A stretch of 64,000 bases of DNA from the human T2T-CHM13v2.0 reference genome, Homo sapiens. The stretch is from the NCBI RefSeq assembly GCF_009914755.1, contig NC_060927.1; one strand, given 5' to 3'. Shown in pieces: positions 29,205 through 42,956 of the stretch (within the stretch, counting starts at the first letter, position 1; the number at the start of each line of letters is the position of its first letter). A program made the position numbers and the translations under genes. The notes below the pieces were generated by a model. That model was given only the letters and a program-made list of their open reading frames with translations. It had not been told where the DNA came from and ran no database searches.

Positions 29205-29402
29205 TCACTGTCTGATATATTTCCAATGGCCACAAATGTCTATTTAAAGTAAAATTAATTTAAATAAAATAAAAAAATTTAGTTTTCTATTTGGACTGGC
29301 TACACTTCAGTTCCCCCAAAGACACACATGTCAAGTGGATAGTTGACAGCAAACATATAAAATATTTTTATTATCACAGAAATTTCTAGTGAGCAGCATT
29401 GC
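29205..29402. mobile_element. MER3-like hAT MITE
   Basis: ctgtctgata...ggccaca...ctatttaaa...aaatttagtt...cacatgtcaagtgg...atcacagaaatttcta...cagcattg. Confidence 0.6.
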
Positions 29403-29504
29403 TGTAGGACATGTAAAGCGCTAATGTTTTCGGCAGTATATTATGATTATGATATAGAGCATGCATTGATAGAAAGAAAGTTGTTTCTTTTTAGCTTATT
29501 TAAA

Positions 29505-29988
29505 CATTAACTTAGTTCTTAATTTTTGTGCGACACACCACTTCAACATTAGTGGTCTAAAAAATAACTTATTATTTCTGTCTATTCGGAAGGTTGGCTA
29601 TGGTCAATTGGTTGATCCTTCTGTTCTTCATAGTATATCTAAAATCACATATTTAGTTGCATTCATCTGGGAGCTCAGCCAGTTCTATTAATGTACAATA
29701 TGTCTCTCATCATTCAGTATATCTCTCCAGGAAGCCTCTCATCATTCAATGGTCTATTCTGATATTCTTCATAGCAAAGTTGTTGGCTTCCAAGATGAGG
29801 TATTCTAAGAAGGCAAGCTCCAATGTGCATGTGCTTTTCAATCCTCTGCTTGAATCATACTTTTTGATGTTTCATTGGAAAGAGTAACTAATATGACCAA
29901 CCTCAGAATCAGTGTAAAAGAAAATCATACAAGTGCTTAAATACCAGGAAGAGTGATTATTTGGGACTAATAGAGCAGTCTATTACAA
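29505..29988 (-). mobile_element. Old MaLR LTR (MLT1J/K-like), antisense
   Basis: ttagtggtctaaaa...gtttcattgg...atgaccaacctcagaatcagtgt...ataccaggaag...cagtctattaca. Confidence 0.55.
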
Positions 29989-30080
29989 ACACTGTTAGCA
30001 ATGATCTAAGAGACCACTGATTTGAAATTAGATAGATAATTCAAAGTTTCTCAGGGTTGGAAGGGACATTTAAAGGCCTC

Positions 30081-30455
30081 TATGTCAGTCTCCTTGGGCT
30101 GCCATAACAAATACCAGAGATTGGGTGTCTTATACAACAGACATTTACATTTCACACTTCAGGAGGCTGGGAAGTCCAAGATCAAGCTTTCAGCTGAATC
30201 AGTTCCTGGTGGGAGATCTCTTCCTGGCTTTAAAATGTCTGCCTTTCACTGTGTCTTCAAATGATGGGGAAAGGGAATACTCTAATGTCTTTTCATCTCC
30301 TTTAATAAAGGTACCCTTTCAACTCAGGGCCCTGCCTTCATGGCCTCATTTAGACTTTATCACCTCTTTATAGGCCCTATCTTCAAAAATCGCCACAGTC
30401 GGTCTCAGGACTTAACATACAAATTTGGGAGAAAAAAAAATTTCAGTCCATAGCA
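30081..30455 (-). mobile_element. Solo MLT1A-type MaLR LTR
   Basis: gggctgccataacaaatacca...ggctgggaagtccaagatcaag...ttcagtccatagca; perfect 5-bp TSD gcctc (30076-30080 / 30456-30460). Confidence 0.9.
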
Positions 30456-32618
30456 GCCTCTAAGTCTAAAACAATAAAAACAAAACAAAAATAAATCTGA
30501 TGCTGGAATACAAGCTATAGTTTTTGGTGTTATTGCTGTTGTTGCCAACCGAACTTTTAAAGTTTCTAAAGTATCACAGGACCTAGTACTATATAGGAGA
30601 TGAACCACTTCCTTAAAACTGTGAGTAAGGCAACACAGCCTCATCTATCCTGCAGCTTTGCTATCGCAGAGCCCATCAATTTCCTCCATATAAAAGGAGG
30701 AGAGAAAGAGAGAGAAGCCAAGATATAACTTTTGTCCATAATGCACTAATTAGGCTTGTAAACTGATACTTCTTGTTTGCATTAATAATTACATATAATT
30801 TAAGGTATCAAAAACATATTATTCTATACCAAAATGTAAATATAACATATTATATTATAATTGCTTATTTAAGAAAGACCTTTATTTTGCAGTTAAACAG
30901 GTTCAAAAACTAATGTGACTTAATTCAATTCACATAATAGAACAAAACTGAGATGCAATAACTCCTAATTTCAATAACTTATTAAGCCACAGGATATGAA
31001 ATATAAAGGAATGTTAATGGCTTCCCTAAATTGCCATATTCTTTTCATGCAGTTTATTATTACCTATCCAAATGTTTTGAAAATAAAAATAAAACAAAAA
31101 GAAAGTGTGGTTTCAAAATGGAAACAGTAATAAGAAGAGTACCTCTAATGGTGGTTAGTTTTCTAAAATAAAGTGTTTTAAATTTTTACTACTTTAATTG
31201 TTAAAGAGAAAATGATGAGCAATTGCAATTGCACATTTGGTTTGAATGAGAATGAGATGATTTGGTGAAAAACAATATGAAACCCTCTAATCTTTAAGAA
31301 ATATTGTCAAGGAAGCATAAGAACATTTGTAAAATAGTGTATTGTTAAAAAATCAGACTCTATAATTTAGAGAATACTCCTTATCTGCTGTATTTTACAT
31401 AAGTTAAGCAAGTCCTGAGTTTTTAAATCCTGGTGAGCAATCTCTCCCTCACCTTGGAAAGAGCTTAATCATCTATTAGTCTTTAGGGAGTTTTAAATAT
31501 TTATAAATCCAAATTTTTAAATGTATAAATGATAATAAGATAGAAAAGCTGTAAGTATAAATACAACTGAGTTGTTCATCTACAATACTACATTAATTCA
31601 ATTACATTATTTTATAAATTCATTTACTTATTTAAAATTTGTAAAGGAGTAACATTTGCACTTGTTCTGTTTATGAATCAAACATAATATTATAGTAGGT
31701 ATGATTATTTAAAACACCAGCTGCCTCCTTAAATACATTTTACTATTTCCTTTATACAATAGACATTATGACATTACTTTAAATTTAGTTTGATAATATG
31801 TGTCACATAAGACACAAAAAAGTTCTAATGTCAAATGAAAACAAAAGGAAAATGTACGATGTAATGAATATACCATTCTATTGACAATAAAATGGGACAC
31901 AATTTTATTTTTAGAAAACAAAATTACTACCATTTTAATTAAAAGATGATGAGCTGGTTATTATTGCTGCCTGGGAAGTCTGCAAATATACTGGGGGTTA
32001 TCACTGCAATAATCTTAATTATCATCTTTGGAGTCTGTACAAATTACCTGTGCTTTAGCTCAGTTGATGACCAAATGGAAGCATTCTCATAGTGCTAAGT
32101 TGCAAGTTTAGTGCCAAAAACTGCAAATAAGATATTTTATAGCAACTTAATAGACTTCTTAAATATTTTGAAATTGCTGATCATCATCCATGTAATCTCG
32201 CTACATCTACAATTTAAAGTTTTACTGCGGATCTAGAGTATGGGCAAATACAAAGTCTCTAGACCACAGCAGTCTGACTTCTACTGATGTGCTGTGCAAC
32301 TTTGTCAGGAGGAAATAGGAGCATATAAATGTGGTACTCTGTGGGGGAAAGTTTTTGGATTGAAAGATTAGCTCTAATCTGGGGTTACATGGAGTGTTCA
32401 TTGATTTAAAATAAGTGAAAGTCATTTTGTGAAAGTTGTGAAAAATAATTTTAATTGACTATTCTCTGTAATAAGAAAACATGAAAGTCAAATTGTCAGC
32501 TTGTCACCCTCTCTTATCATTTCCCCCTTTTTTATAGACTCCCTGGGATTTCTCAGGTTTCCATGTTTATTTTGTAAGTGCTCATAATTCTCAAATTATA
32601 TTTTTCTTAAAGATTTAT

Positions 32619-32735
32619 ATACCTAATGTTAAATGACAAGTTAATGGGTGCAGCACACCAACATGGCACATGTATACATATGTAACAAACCTGCACATTG
32701 TGCACATGTACCCTAAAACTTAAAGTATAATAAAA
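32619..32735 (+). mobile_element. Short L1PA4-type 3' terminus
   Basis: atacctaatgttaaatgac...gtaccctaaaacttaaagtataa; 10-bp TSD aaagatttat (32609-32618 / 32736-32745) at a TT/AAAG site. Confidence 0.93.
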
Positions 32736-33869
32736 AAAGATTTATTGTTTATCAGTATTTTGAAAAAACTTTTAATGAGATATATGAAAGAATAATAACA
32801 TATAACTCCTAATTACTTATACTTTAAATCACTGTGTTTCAAAATCACTGTAAGCTGGTGATTATGTCTTTGTAAAAATCTCATATATTTTATATTTACA
32901 TAATCTGAAATTTTACAAGTCAAAGACTTTATACAGTATGGAGAAAAATTAATAGTAATAAATGAATTGTGGTAATTACACAAGTTAGTGAGACCTTTTT
33001 TCTTTCTCCCAGAAAATGTGAATTCTAGGCTATTTGCAGCCTTGTAACTTATTTCAAATCTTAAGTCAGAGGACATTAGTTCCAGATTAAATAAAATATT
33101 CGTAAGTAGACCAGAACTGTAGTGAGTGACATTCCTTAATCTTGTCAATCCTTATTTTCAATTTTTTGTAAATCCAATTCTGTAAATTGCTTTATTCCTA
33201 GTTGGCACTGGAACTTTACCAATCAATTCAGTAATATAGATGTAACCTCCACGAGAGTTTGATACATTGTATTTAAGTAGTTTGCAATTGAATTATATTC
33301 CCTCATTTAAAGGAGCTATAGTCACTTGGGTTGGTTAAGTATGGGAAGACAGAGGTATAAGGCTGAGTAAACTGAGGTGCAGAAACTAATGACTGAGTAT
33401 AAGTAGAATATGAATAACAGAAGAACCAAAAATCATATAACTGTACTAACAGAGACATATCATTTCAGTGAACAATTCAGAAAATTTTTCATGGTAGAAA
33501 ACCAGCCATAAAAGATAGCAATTCGATACTTAGAGTTCCTTCAACCAAAGATCTAAAAAACAAACAAAAAAACCAGATTCCTTTAAAGAAAAATCATGAT
33601 GTCATGCGGTAAGATTTAAATTAGAAACTAGGGGTGAAGAAAATCCCAGAAGAAATAATCTAAAAGAAAGTACAGCAACAGGCCAGCATCCTTGAAGAAA
33701 ACGTTCTTATTAAATGAATGATATTTATATAACAGAAAGGTCAATGAGAATTGTTAGATTCTGTTCTTAGATTGATAGCTATAAGATATTTTTAGCTCTG
33801 TTTCTTAGTTTATGTATTATATTTGTCTTATATTATATTTTTGTTGTTGATAATGATGGTTTATTTTTG

Positions 33870-34095
33870 TAATGGGTAGAATAGCAGAATAGTTAGAACA
33901 TTTTCTGAAGCCATTATGCCCGAGTTTTTAATTTCACATCTAAATAAGTTCCTGAAACTCTTGTATCTTATGAGCAAGATAGTAGATAATAAAATGCATC
34001 CACATGACAGGATTGCTTGGAAAACTCTGTGGATGAAAAGGTCTTCAAATAGACCTTACACATTATAAATACCATATAAGTGTTTACTATTATGT
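33870..34095 (+). mobile_element. MIR fragment
   Basis: atagcagaatagttagaaca...gaagcca...acaggattgc...ataagtgtttactattat. Confidence 0.5.
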
Positions 34096-34309
34096 GTCGA
34101 TATCAGCAATGAATTTATTAGATTATGTGAACTAACATACAAGTATCAGCACTTATTTCACACATTCCTAGTGGAAGAAATTAAGGGTCTGCAGACGAAT
34201 ATGTTAAAAAAATTATCCTGGCTGCTGCTTCAGAAATAACACTTTCAAATACAAACATGACATATGTTACAAAAATTTTTTGTGAAGTGTTTTATAGTTT
34301 AGATATTTT

Positions 34310-34599
34310 ATTTTTGATTTTAATTTTTGAGAGAGAATCTTGCTCTGTCATTAAGGCTGGAATGAAATGGCCTGATCTTAGCTCACTACAACCTCAATCT
34401 CCCATCTCAATCTCCCAAGAAGCTGGAACTACAGGGACAGGTCGCCATGCCTAGTTAATTTTTTGATTTTTTTTTTCTTTGTAGAGACGGGGACTCACTA
34501 GGTCCCCCAGGCTGGTCTTGAACTCCTGAGCTCAAGTGATCCTCATGCCTCGGCCACCCAAAGTGCTAGGTTTATAGGTGTAAGCCCCCAAACTGACCA
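34310..34599 (-). mobile_element. AluJ-type element
   Basis: tgagagagaatcttgctctgtc...gtagagacggggactcact...ctcctgagctcaagtgatcctc; diverged. Confidence 0.88.
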
Positions 34600-35595
34600 G
34601 TTTTTTAATTTTTTAATAAGAAAATTACAGCTTTTAAATATCTTAGTTTCCCAACCAAACATAATTACTTTATAATATTTGTTATATTTTAATAATATTT
34701 GATATAAAATTAGAAAGGTAAAATATTCAATCAGTAAATATACAATTACTCCTTTTTTAAGTCAAACAAACTCATGAGACAGTTGAATTTTAACTACTAC
34801 CCTAAATTTCATAATCTATCACGTTTTCAAAATGTATAAACTCAATATTACAAATAATTCCTCTGAAAATAGATATCAATGAAGAACAGCAAAATAATGT
34901 TTCTTAAATTTTCTAAGCAAAAATATAAGAATTCAATTTATGTTAAATGCTTTGTATTTTAAAACTTTCAGAGATACCCTGTATTATACTATAGAAGATA
35001 ATGATTTAGATGATCTAAAAAGATTGTGAGCTGTGCAATCTTGGAAGAATGATTATTATATATCAACATTTGAAATTCAGGAATCTCTGACTCCTTATCT
35101 AATCAACTCATCATGATATACAGAGAAAATAACATTGTTTTTATCTCTCAATTAATATTCCATACTAAAATTGTATGATATCATAACTAAGAGCATATTC
35201 AAGGGGTTGCTAAAATATGTATGCCTGAAAAATATTTTGACAGAAGTTATCACACTCTGCAAAACATTGTAAAAATAAACTGATCAAGATACTTTCATGT
35301 CACCTACATAACAAATAAACATCATACTGTCATATACTGTTATTTTTTAAAACCTGACACATAAAAACCTGCTCACATTTACCAAAATATTATTTAGCAC
35401 CTGTAATTTTTCAACATTAATGAACAAAGGCATGTTATTTCAATGTTTGTCCTGTTCTTTTTCATGCATGAGAATTAGAAATGGGAATTCTCAAGCCTGA
35501 CAATAGTTGAATAAAATACTTCAATGTTCTTTAAGAGAATTTTACTACATTAACATTTCTTATCTGTTAAAGACCTTATATTAATGACCAATTTA

Positions 35596-36009
<414 letters not shown>

Positions 36010-36298
36010 TTACATTGCCATTTATTTATTTTTACAATGAGTAATAAATATTGCAGCAGACCAGAGGAGATATTATTAGTATAATGTTCAATGAACATTT
36101 GCATCCCTGAAAATTCAGTTGTTTTAAATGCTATCTGAAATAAGATGGGTTACAAATAACCACTATATCACTACAGGAAAGAGGAGTTTTAATTTTAAAA
36201 ACTTTATATCTTAGGAATGTGTATCATATAGAGTTGCAGAAAATAAAACAAATATGGGTATTACTTATATTTCAGGGCCCAGTGTGTTAACTGGGGTG

Positions 36299-36520
36299 TG
36301 GATTTGTCTTCTGAGTCGTCCTTAACAAATTATAAACTTGAATGCCTAAAAGAACATAAATATATTATCTTAGAGTTCCGGATGCTTTAAGCCTAAAATC
36401 AAGTTGTGGCAGGACCAACCCAGAAGAGATTTCATTCCATGTCTCTTCTAGCTTTTGGTGGTTTCCTGAGCATTCCTGGATTTGAAGCCACATCATCTTC
36501 ATCTGCCTCAGTCTCACCAC
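36299..36520 (-). mobile_element. MLT1B/C-type LTR fragment, antisense
   Basis: taacaaattataaacttg...aaaatcaagttgtggcagg...tctcttctagcttttggtgg...tctgcctcagtctcac. Confidence 0.7.
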
Positions 36521-36917
36521 AAGGTAATAGGCAATTAAAGATTTTCTAAAAAAGAATAAATTATATAAAAGTTATAGTGATTTACCACTGACGAAGGTAG
36601 AAAGATCTTAGAAAAAGTATCTTATGGGAAATAAAATTTGGCTTGGATTTTCAAAACTTAATAAAAATATTTTATGTATATAGAAAAACAAAAAAGTCAT
36701 TATAGATGAATGAAAATGAATGACTTAAGACAAGAAGATTCAGAGTACCCAGTGAGTTTAAAAACAGTAAATAAATTGCAGACAACTTATGGAATGCATT
36801 GAAGATTGCAATCTATAATCAAAAAAGAATCAAATGCTTTGACCAAACAGTTACATAGCTCATAGAGGTAGACTGTAGTCTATATAAAAGGCTAAAAATT
36901 AAAACAAAATATTTATT

Positions 36918-37255
36918 TAAAAATGATGAGTTCATGTCCTTTGTAGGGACATGGATGAAACTGGAAACCATCATTCTCAGCAAACTATCGCAAGGACAAA
37001 AAACCAAACACCACATGTTCTCACTCATAGGTAGGAATTGAACAATGAGAACACATGGACACAGGAAGGGGAACATCACACACCGGGGACTGTTGTGGGG
37101 TGGGGGACAGGGGAGGGATAGCATTAGGAGATACACCTAATGCTAAATGACGAGTTAATGGGTGCAGCACACCAGCATGGCACATGTATACATATGTAAC
37201 AAATCTGCACGTTGTGCACATGTACCCTAAAACTTAAAGTATAATAATAATAAAA
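36918..37255 (+). mobile_element. L1PA4-type 3' end
   Basis: gatgagttcatgtcctttgtagggacatggatgaa...gggactgttgtggggtggggg...ctaaaacttaaagtataataat; low divergence. Confidence 0.95.
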
Positions 37256-37686
37256 TTTTAAAAAATGTAAAAATAGTTATTTCACCCCAGTTAAAATTGC
37301 TTTTATCAAAAAAGACTGGCAATGATAGATGCTGGCAAGGATGTGGAGAAAGGGCAACCCTCATACACTGTTGGTGGGAATGTAAATTAGTACCATCAAT
37401 ATGAAGAACAGTAGGAAGGTTCCTCAACAAAGTAAAAATAGAACTACCATATAATCCAGCATTTTCACTACTGGTATATATTCAAAAAAATAAAATCAAT
37501 GTAGCAAAGAGATACCTGCGCTCCCTTGTTCTGTGCAGCACTCTTCACAATAGCCAAAATACAGAATCAACCTAAGTTCCCATCAACAGATGAATAGATA
37601 ACAAATTATGGTATATATACAAAAAGGAATATAATTTAGCCATAAAAGAATGAAATACTGCCATTTGTGGCCACATTGGTGGAGCT

Positions 37687-37869
37687 GGTTTGTTTCTGCC
37701 AGCAACTGGACTTCAGGCTTCAAGCATCCAGAACTCTGAGAGAATACACTTCTGTTCTTTTAAGAGATTGAGTTATAATTTGTTAAGGGATTCTCAGGAG
37801 ACAAATCCACACCTTTATTAACACACTGGGCCTTGAAATATAAGTAATACCTGTATTTGTTTATGTTCT
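37687..37869 (-). repeat. Inverted copy of 36238-36420 (MLT1 end plus non-repeat flank)
   Basis: gacaaatccacacc...ttaacacactgggcc.tgaaatataagtaatacc matches the reverse complement of 36257-36309. Confidence 0.9.
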
Positions 37870-38015
37870 ACTAGTGGTGAAATATAGGTGAAACTAGAAC
37901 TAATTTTGCTTATTATGTTAAGCAAACTAAGCCAAGCTCCGAAAGATACATATTGTATGTTTTCATTCATCCATGGTAGCAAAAAATAATGGATCTCATG
38001 AGAATAGAGAGTTGA

Positions 38016-38309
38016 GGCCAGGCGCGGTGGCCCACCCCTGTAATCCTAGCACTTTGGCAGGCAGGGGCGAGTGGATCACCTGTGGTCAGGAGTTGGAGAC
38101 CAGGCTGGCCAACAAGGTGAATTTCCATCTCTACTAAAAATACAAAAATTAGCTGGGCATGGTGGCTCATACCTGTAATCCCAGCTGCTCAGGAGGCTGA
38201 GGCAGGAGAATTGTTTGAACTCGGGAGGTGGAGGGAGGTTGCAGTGAGCTGAGATTATGCCACTGTACTCCAGCCTGGGTGAAAGAACGAGACTGTCTCA
38301 AAAAAAAAG
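38016..38309 (+). mobile_element. AluS (Sx-like)
   Basis: Both arms; 10-bp TSD agagagttga (38006-38015 / 38310-38319). Confidence 0.95.
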
Positions 38310-38841
38310 AGAGAGTTGATTGGTGGTTATCATAGATCAGGAAGTGTAAGAGAGGGAGAATGAAGTGTTGATTAGTGGGTTCAAATACATAGTTTGATAG
38401 AAGAAATAAGACCTAGTGTTTTATAGATCAGCAGGGTGATTATTGCTTACAATAACCTACTGTACATTTCAAAATATCTAGAAGAGAATAATTTGAATGT
38501 TCCTAGCATAATAAAAAGACAATATTGAATCTTATGGACATCCTAAGCATGCTGATTTGCCCTTTATAAATGTTATGAATGTATTAATTATCACATGTAC
38601 CATGAAACCATATACATTTATCATGCATCAACTCAAAAAATGTAAAACTAGCTCTCTCACAAATGCATGCTTAAACCATAATATTTAGCTTTGAAATATT
38701 ACTCCTACTTCAGATCATATAAAATAGGGCAAAAAAAGTTGAAGTAGAAGTAAACAAAAATAAAGGAATCTGAGTTTTAGACATGAGAGTAATGTTTGAT
38801 TAAGCTGAATGAATGAGTTAACAACATATTATATATATAAT

Positions 38842-39228
38842 TGTATTAGTACATTTGCATTACTAAAAAGGAATACCTGAGGCTGGATAATTTATTTTTT
38901 TTAAAGAAATGTTTATCTGGCTCATATTTCCGCAGGCTGTATAAGCATGATGCCAGCATCTCCTTGGCTTCTGGTGAGACCTCTGGAAGCTGTTACTCAT
39001 GGTGGAAGGTGAAGGGAGAGTGAGGGAAAGCAAGAAAGAGAGAGAAAGAGAAAAGTAGGGAAGTCCCAGCCTCCTTTAAATAATCAACTCTCCTGTGAAC
39101 TAATTACCATAGGGAGGGCAGCAAGCCATTCATGAGGGATCCAATTCCGTGAATCAAAACCTCCAACTTTGGGGATCATGTTTCCACATGAGATTGGAGG
39201 GGGGTTACAAAATATCCAAACCATATCA
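38842..39228 (-). mobile_element. Solo MSTA/MSTB-type MaLR LTR
   Basis: tgtattagt...ggaatacctgaggctgg...catgagggatcc...atccaaaccatatca; perfect 5-bp TSD ataat. Confidence 0.9.
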
Positions 39229-41099
39229 ATAATAATGTAATTTAAAATATTTTTAATCAATCCTCAGTTCAGAAGTATTTACCCACCTATTAATATGTGG
39301 TTGGTATACAAATGTCAGGCAATGGGGACTCAACTATTCTAATGAATCTCAAAACAATGAAAGTGTAAACAACAGGTCAATTAGTAAATGTTTTCAGTCT
39401 GCCCAATCTGTAGATGTCATTCCTTCTCTAGTATTGATCCATATACCTTTATATAATCTGTTTTAATTTTTACTTAATCCCACTGATAAAACTCCTAAGA
39501 CACTGCAGATTAATAGGCTTGCCATACATTTTCTTCTCTATAAATGGAAATGTTCAAAACATATCCTGAAGTTGCCTGCTTTATTTCCATCCTACTCTTG
39601 GTAAAGGGAATCTATGGTATTCTAATTTTCATAGACCTCAGTGAACACTCACACACTGATTAGGTGTGAAGAAGTAGATGAATAGAGTCCAGGCCACAGT
39701 TTGGCCTAATTTGAAGTTTACAGACAAGACTTTGTGGGTAAAACTGAGCTATATTTCCAGCAATCAATGTGTGTAATTGTAAGACTATGTAAAATATGAT
39801 TATAATGTATTTTATATGCAGAGGTATTATGTTCTCTCTAATCTAGTTATACAAACATACATCAAAAGGTATAAAGAAACAAAAAAGCTTTAGGCAAGAA
39901 ATTACCTACTTACTTATCTTTCTTCCTCAGAGAACACATGAAGCCATTTTCCCCAGCAAAAAGTACAGTGAAATTGATCTATGTAGTGAGAACAATAATG
40001 ATAATCTGTTAATCCCATTGTTTTATGAGAAAATAAACTTACATAGTAGTTCTAGGGATTTCAAATCACATTTGGTGATTTTCTCTAAGGTTCTCTATAC
40101 AATTACAAATACATCTAGTTAAAGTTGAAAAAAAAGTTAAAATTGCCATATTTTAAAATAATTGATAGTGACAAATTACATAGTTAAGTAAATATTTCTA
40201 CTGTTGCTATTAATATATTGTCCCTGAAACATATTAGTCTGATTCAGCATGGCTTGAGAAGAGATGCAGGGTAATAAGTTAAAAGGAAAAAGAAGAAACT
40301 CCATACAATAAGATTAGACTCAACAATTTATTAATATCCGGTTAGTGTTTCCTACAACTTCAATATTAATGGCTTTCAAATAACACTACAATAAGTCTAC
40401 TGTGGGTGGGATATGTTTCTCTATATATGCATATATATAAGACTGGTGTCAAGTGCTAAAGTATATATACATATTTATTGATATTATTTAATTAATTATT
40501 TTTAAATCGAAGTTTCACCAAAATAGAGTCAAAGAATGTATATAGTACCATGCAGTACTTATTTTTCACCCCAAGGTAGGATACATGAAATTTTTAGCAG
40601 ACTCATCTGTGAATATCTGCTTAAATAGGTGCAAACGTAGCACGCGTAACTTTTACTTTTCTTTCAGAAACAGCAATATTAAAGAAAGCTCCTGTGTGGT
40701 AATTTTTTTCTATTATTCATCTCATTTAAAATAACATTTTAGTGGGAGGAATTGAATAATTCTCTTTATCGCATAAAAATAGAGTTGAATTTCAGAAAGC
40801 TTGCTGTCAACAAAGTTACCCCAAAATCAATAAAAATAATTGTTTTCTTTCATTGTCAACCCAAGAAATATTGGTCCTAAGAGCTTTTGAGAAAGATGTT
40901 CCTTTGGTAAATACAATAGGAAAATGTGTGTGTGTTTGTAGTGTATCAAACTTCCTTTTCAATGCTTTACATTATTGTTCATGTTTGATTGTCATAACAT
41001 GTTTAGGAAGTAGATATTCTTGACATTCTTCATTTAAAGATGAAAAAAGCACTTCTTAAAAGAGAAACTTCCCCACAATCACACAGCTAGCAATTACAC

Positions 41100-42415
41100 A
41101 CAGCTGGTTCCAGTAATGGCAGAGAAGCTTGTATCAAATTAATCCTCTTGCAGAAAACATTGCCAATTCTTAGGCAGATATAAAAAAATCCTGCTAAAAG
41201 TTGCTGAAACATGATCAAAGGCAGCCAAATATCAGGAGGAATTTAACCCTTGAAATAAAGGATTTGCACTGGGTGACATGTTCATTTATTTAGCTTTTCT
41301 TCTAAAGGCACTTCTCATTTCTTATTGAGCAGAATATAAGCAAAGAGTCACAGGCTTCTTGACCTGAGGAATGTGGGACATTAAGAGAAACTGGAAAATG
41401 AAGGGGTCATGAAGATATGAGAGAGCCAGATGTGGATAAGCCATAAATTCTGTATATAAATTCTCCTAGGTTTTTGGTTGACCCCAGAGCTGCATGCAAG
41501 ATTCCAAAAACCTGAGGAAGAAAACCACAACTGCAAAGCTTGAAGACCTGAGCAGAGATTTTAATGGTTTCCCAATGAAGTTTGGAGTTTGAATCTTGAT
41601 AATATAAAGGAATTTGTTAAATGCTTTGAACTTTCCATAGATATTCTAGGAGAGCACCCCTTATATACTAAGATATTTTCCTTAGGACTAAGCACAAAAC
41701 CCAAATGGACTATAATTACTAAATGTAAAACCAAATACCCCCAAACTTAAAGTAATCTTCTGGTTATTTAATGCCCATTACCACAAAAATTAACAATCTT
41801 CAGAAGAAAATTACAAAATCCCAAATATTATATTGCAATATCATATAGCGTACAATTGAAAATTATTAGAAATGAGAAAAAAGAAAAATATGTAACACCA
41901 GAATAAAAGAAATCATTCTACAAATCATTACCATAAATTGAACAGGTGTTAAAATTAGGAGACAAACTATAAAATTACTACAAAATAATGGGGTTAAGAC
42001 CCAAGGAACAGTAGAAAATAATAAAAGAGGAATTGGGGAGTTTCATGGATAATTAGGAGAGCATAAAAAGGTATCAAATTGAAACCTTGAATAAAACTGA
42101 AAAATCAAATATCTGAAATAAAAGAATATATATATTAAATAAGATTGAAAGCAGATTGGGTATTCCACAAGAAATCATTAGTAAATATAAACTCAGGACA
42201 ATGGAAGTAATTGGAACAGAAGTACAGAATGGAAAAAGAAAACAGGGTGAATAAGCTTTAATGATTCCTGAGACATTTTAATACATATGTAATTTCAACC
42301 TCAAAAGGAGGAGAGAAAATAAAATCAACATAAAAAGATATATTTAAGAAATATATGCTGAAAACGTTCCAAATTAGAGCAATCTATAGAAATATCAATA
42401 CCAATATATTTAAAA
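41100..42415 (+). mobile_element. Ancient L1M 5'UTR/ORF1 remnant
   Basis: ggttccagtaatggc start motif; ORF1-like aatatctgaaata, gcagattgg, acatatgtaatt, gctgaaaacgttccaaatt. Confidence 0.55.
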
Positions 42416-42419
42416 GTAG

Positions 42420-42956
42420 TTGTTGGGTCTTGTACATTTATCTGTGTGTTACCAGCAGAAGTGCTGACATCCTTAGCCCCAGATGATTTTTTTCAAGGAT
42501 ATTTGTTTAGTGAAGAGCCTTAGAAGATTGAGATAGTGCCTTTCTCCAGAGCAAAGGGCAGTTTGTATGTGTGTGGTTTTATTTTGTTGTTGTTGTTTAT
42601 TGCCTATTATAATAAACATAGTGTCTTCCTTCAGTGCAGAAAACAGGGAAGTTTATTGCTTATTTTAGAAGATTTGGGTTGCCTAAGCTCAGGTTTTATG
42701 TTCTGTGCAGGACTACAGGAACCTGCTAGGTGTACAGGCATCACTTCAAACCTCTTTGCAGAATTATGTGGGAATTGGGACTCTGTGAACCAATGCAAAT
42801 GCTGGTAGTCTGGCCACTGCTTTTGTTGTGAGTAATAAAGACCTTTGTCTCTGACTTAGAGGTTTTATGTCTTCTGAGAGCATCCATGAAATTTTGGAAG
42901 GCTAATTTGTTAGCTGTAAGTAGGATAAAACCGTAAACCCTTTACAGTTGTTTACA
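42420..42956 (+). mobile_element. LTR40-type solo LTR (ERVL)
   Basis: tttcaaggatatttg...gagatagtg...ccagagcaaagggcag...cctaagctcagg...gagtaataaag...gcatccatgaaa...ctttacagttgtttaca. Confidence 0.8.

Larger units (their letters stand above)
37278..38645 (+). mobile_element. L1MA1/2-type 3' end, interrupted by an inverted local duplication and an Alu
   Basis: caccccagttaaaa, catacactgttggtgggaatgtaaattagta, gatagaagaaataagacctagtg, atcacatgtacc. Confidence 0.88.
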
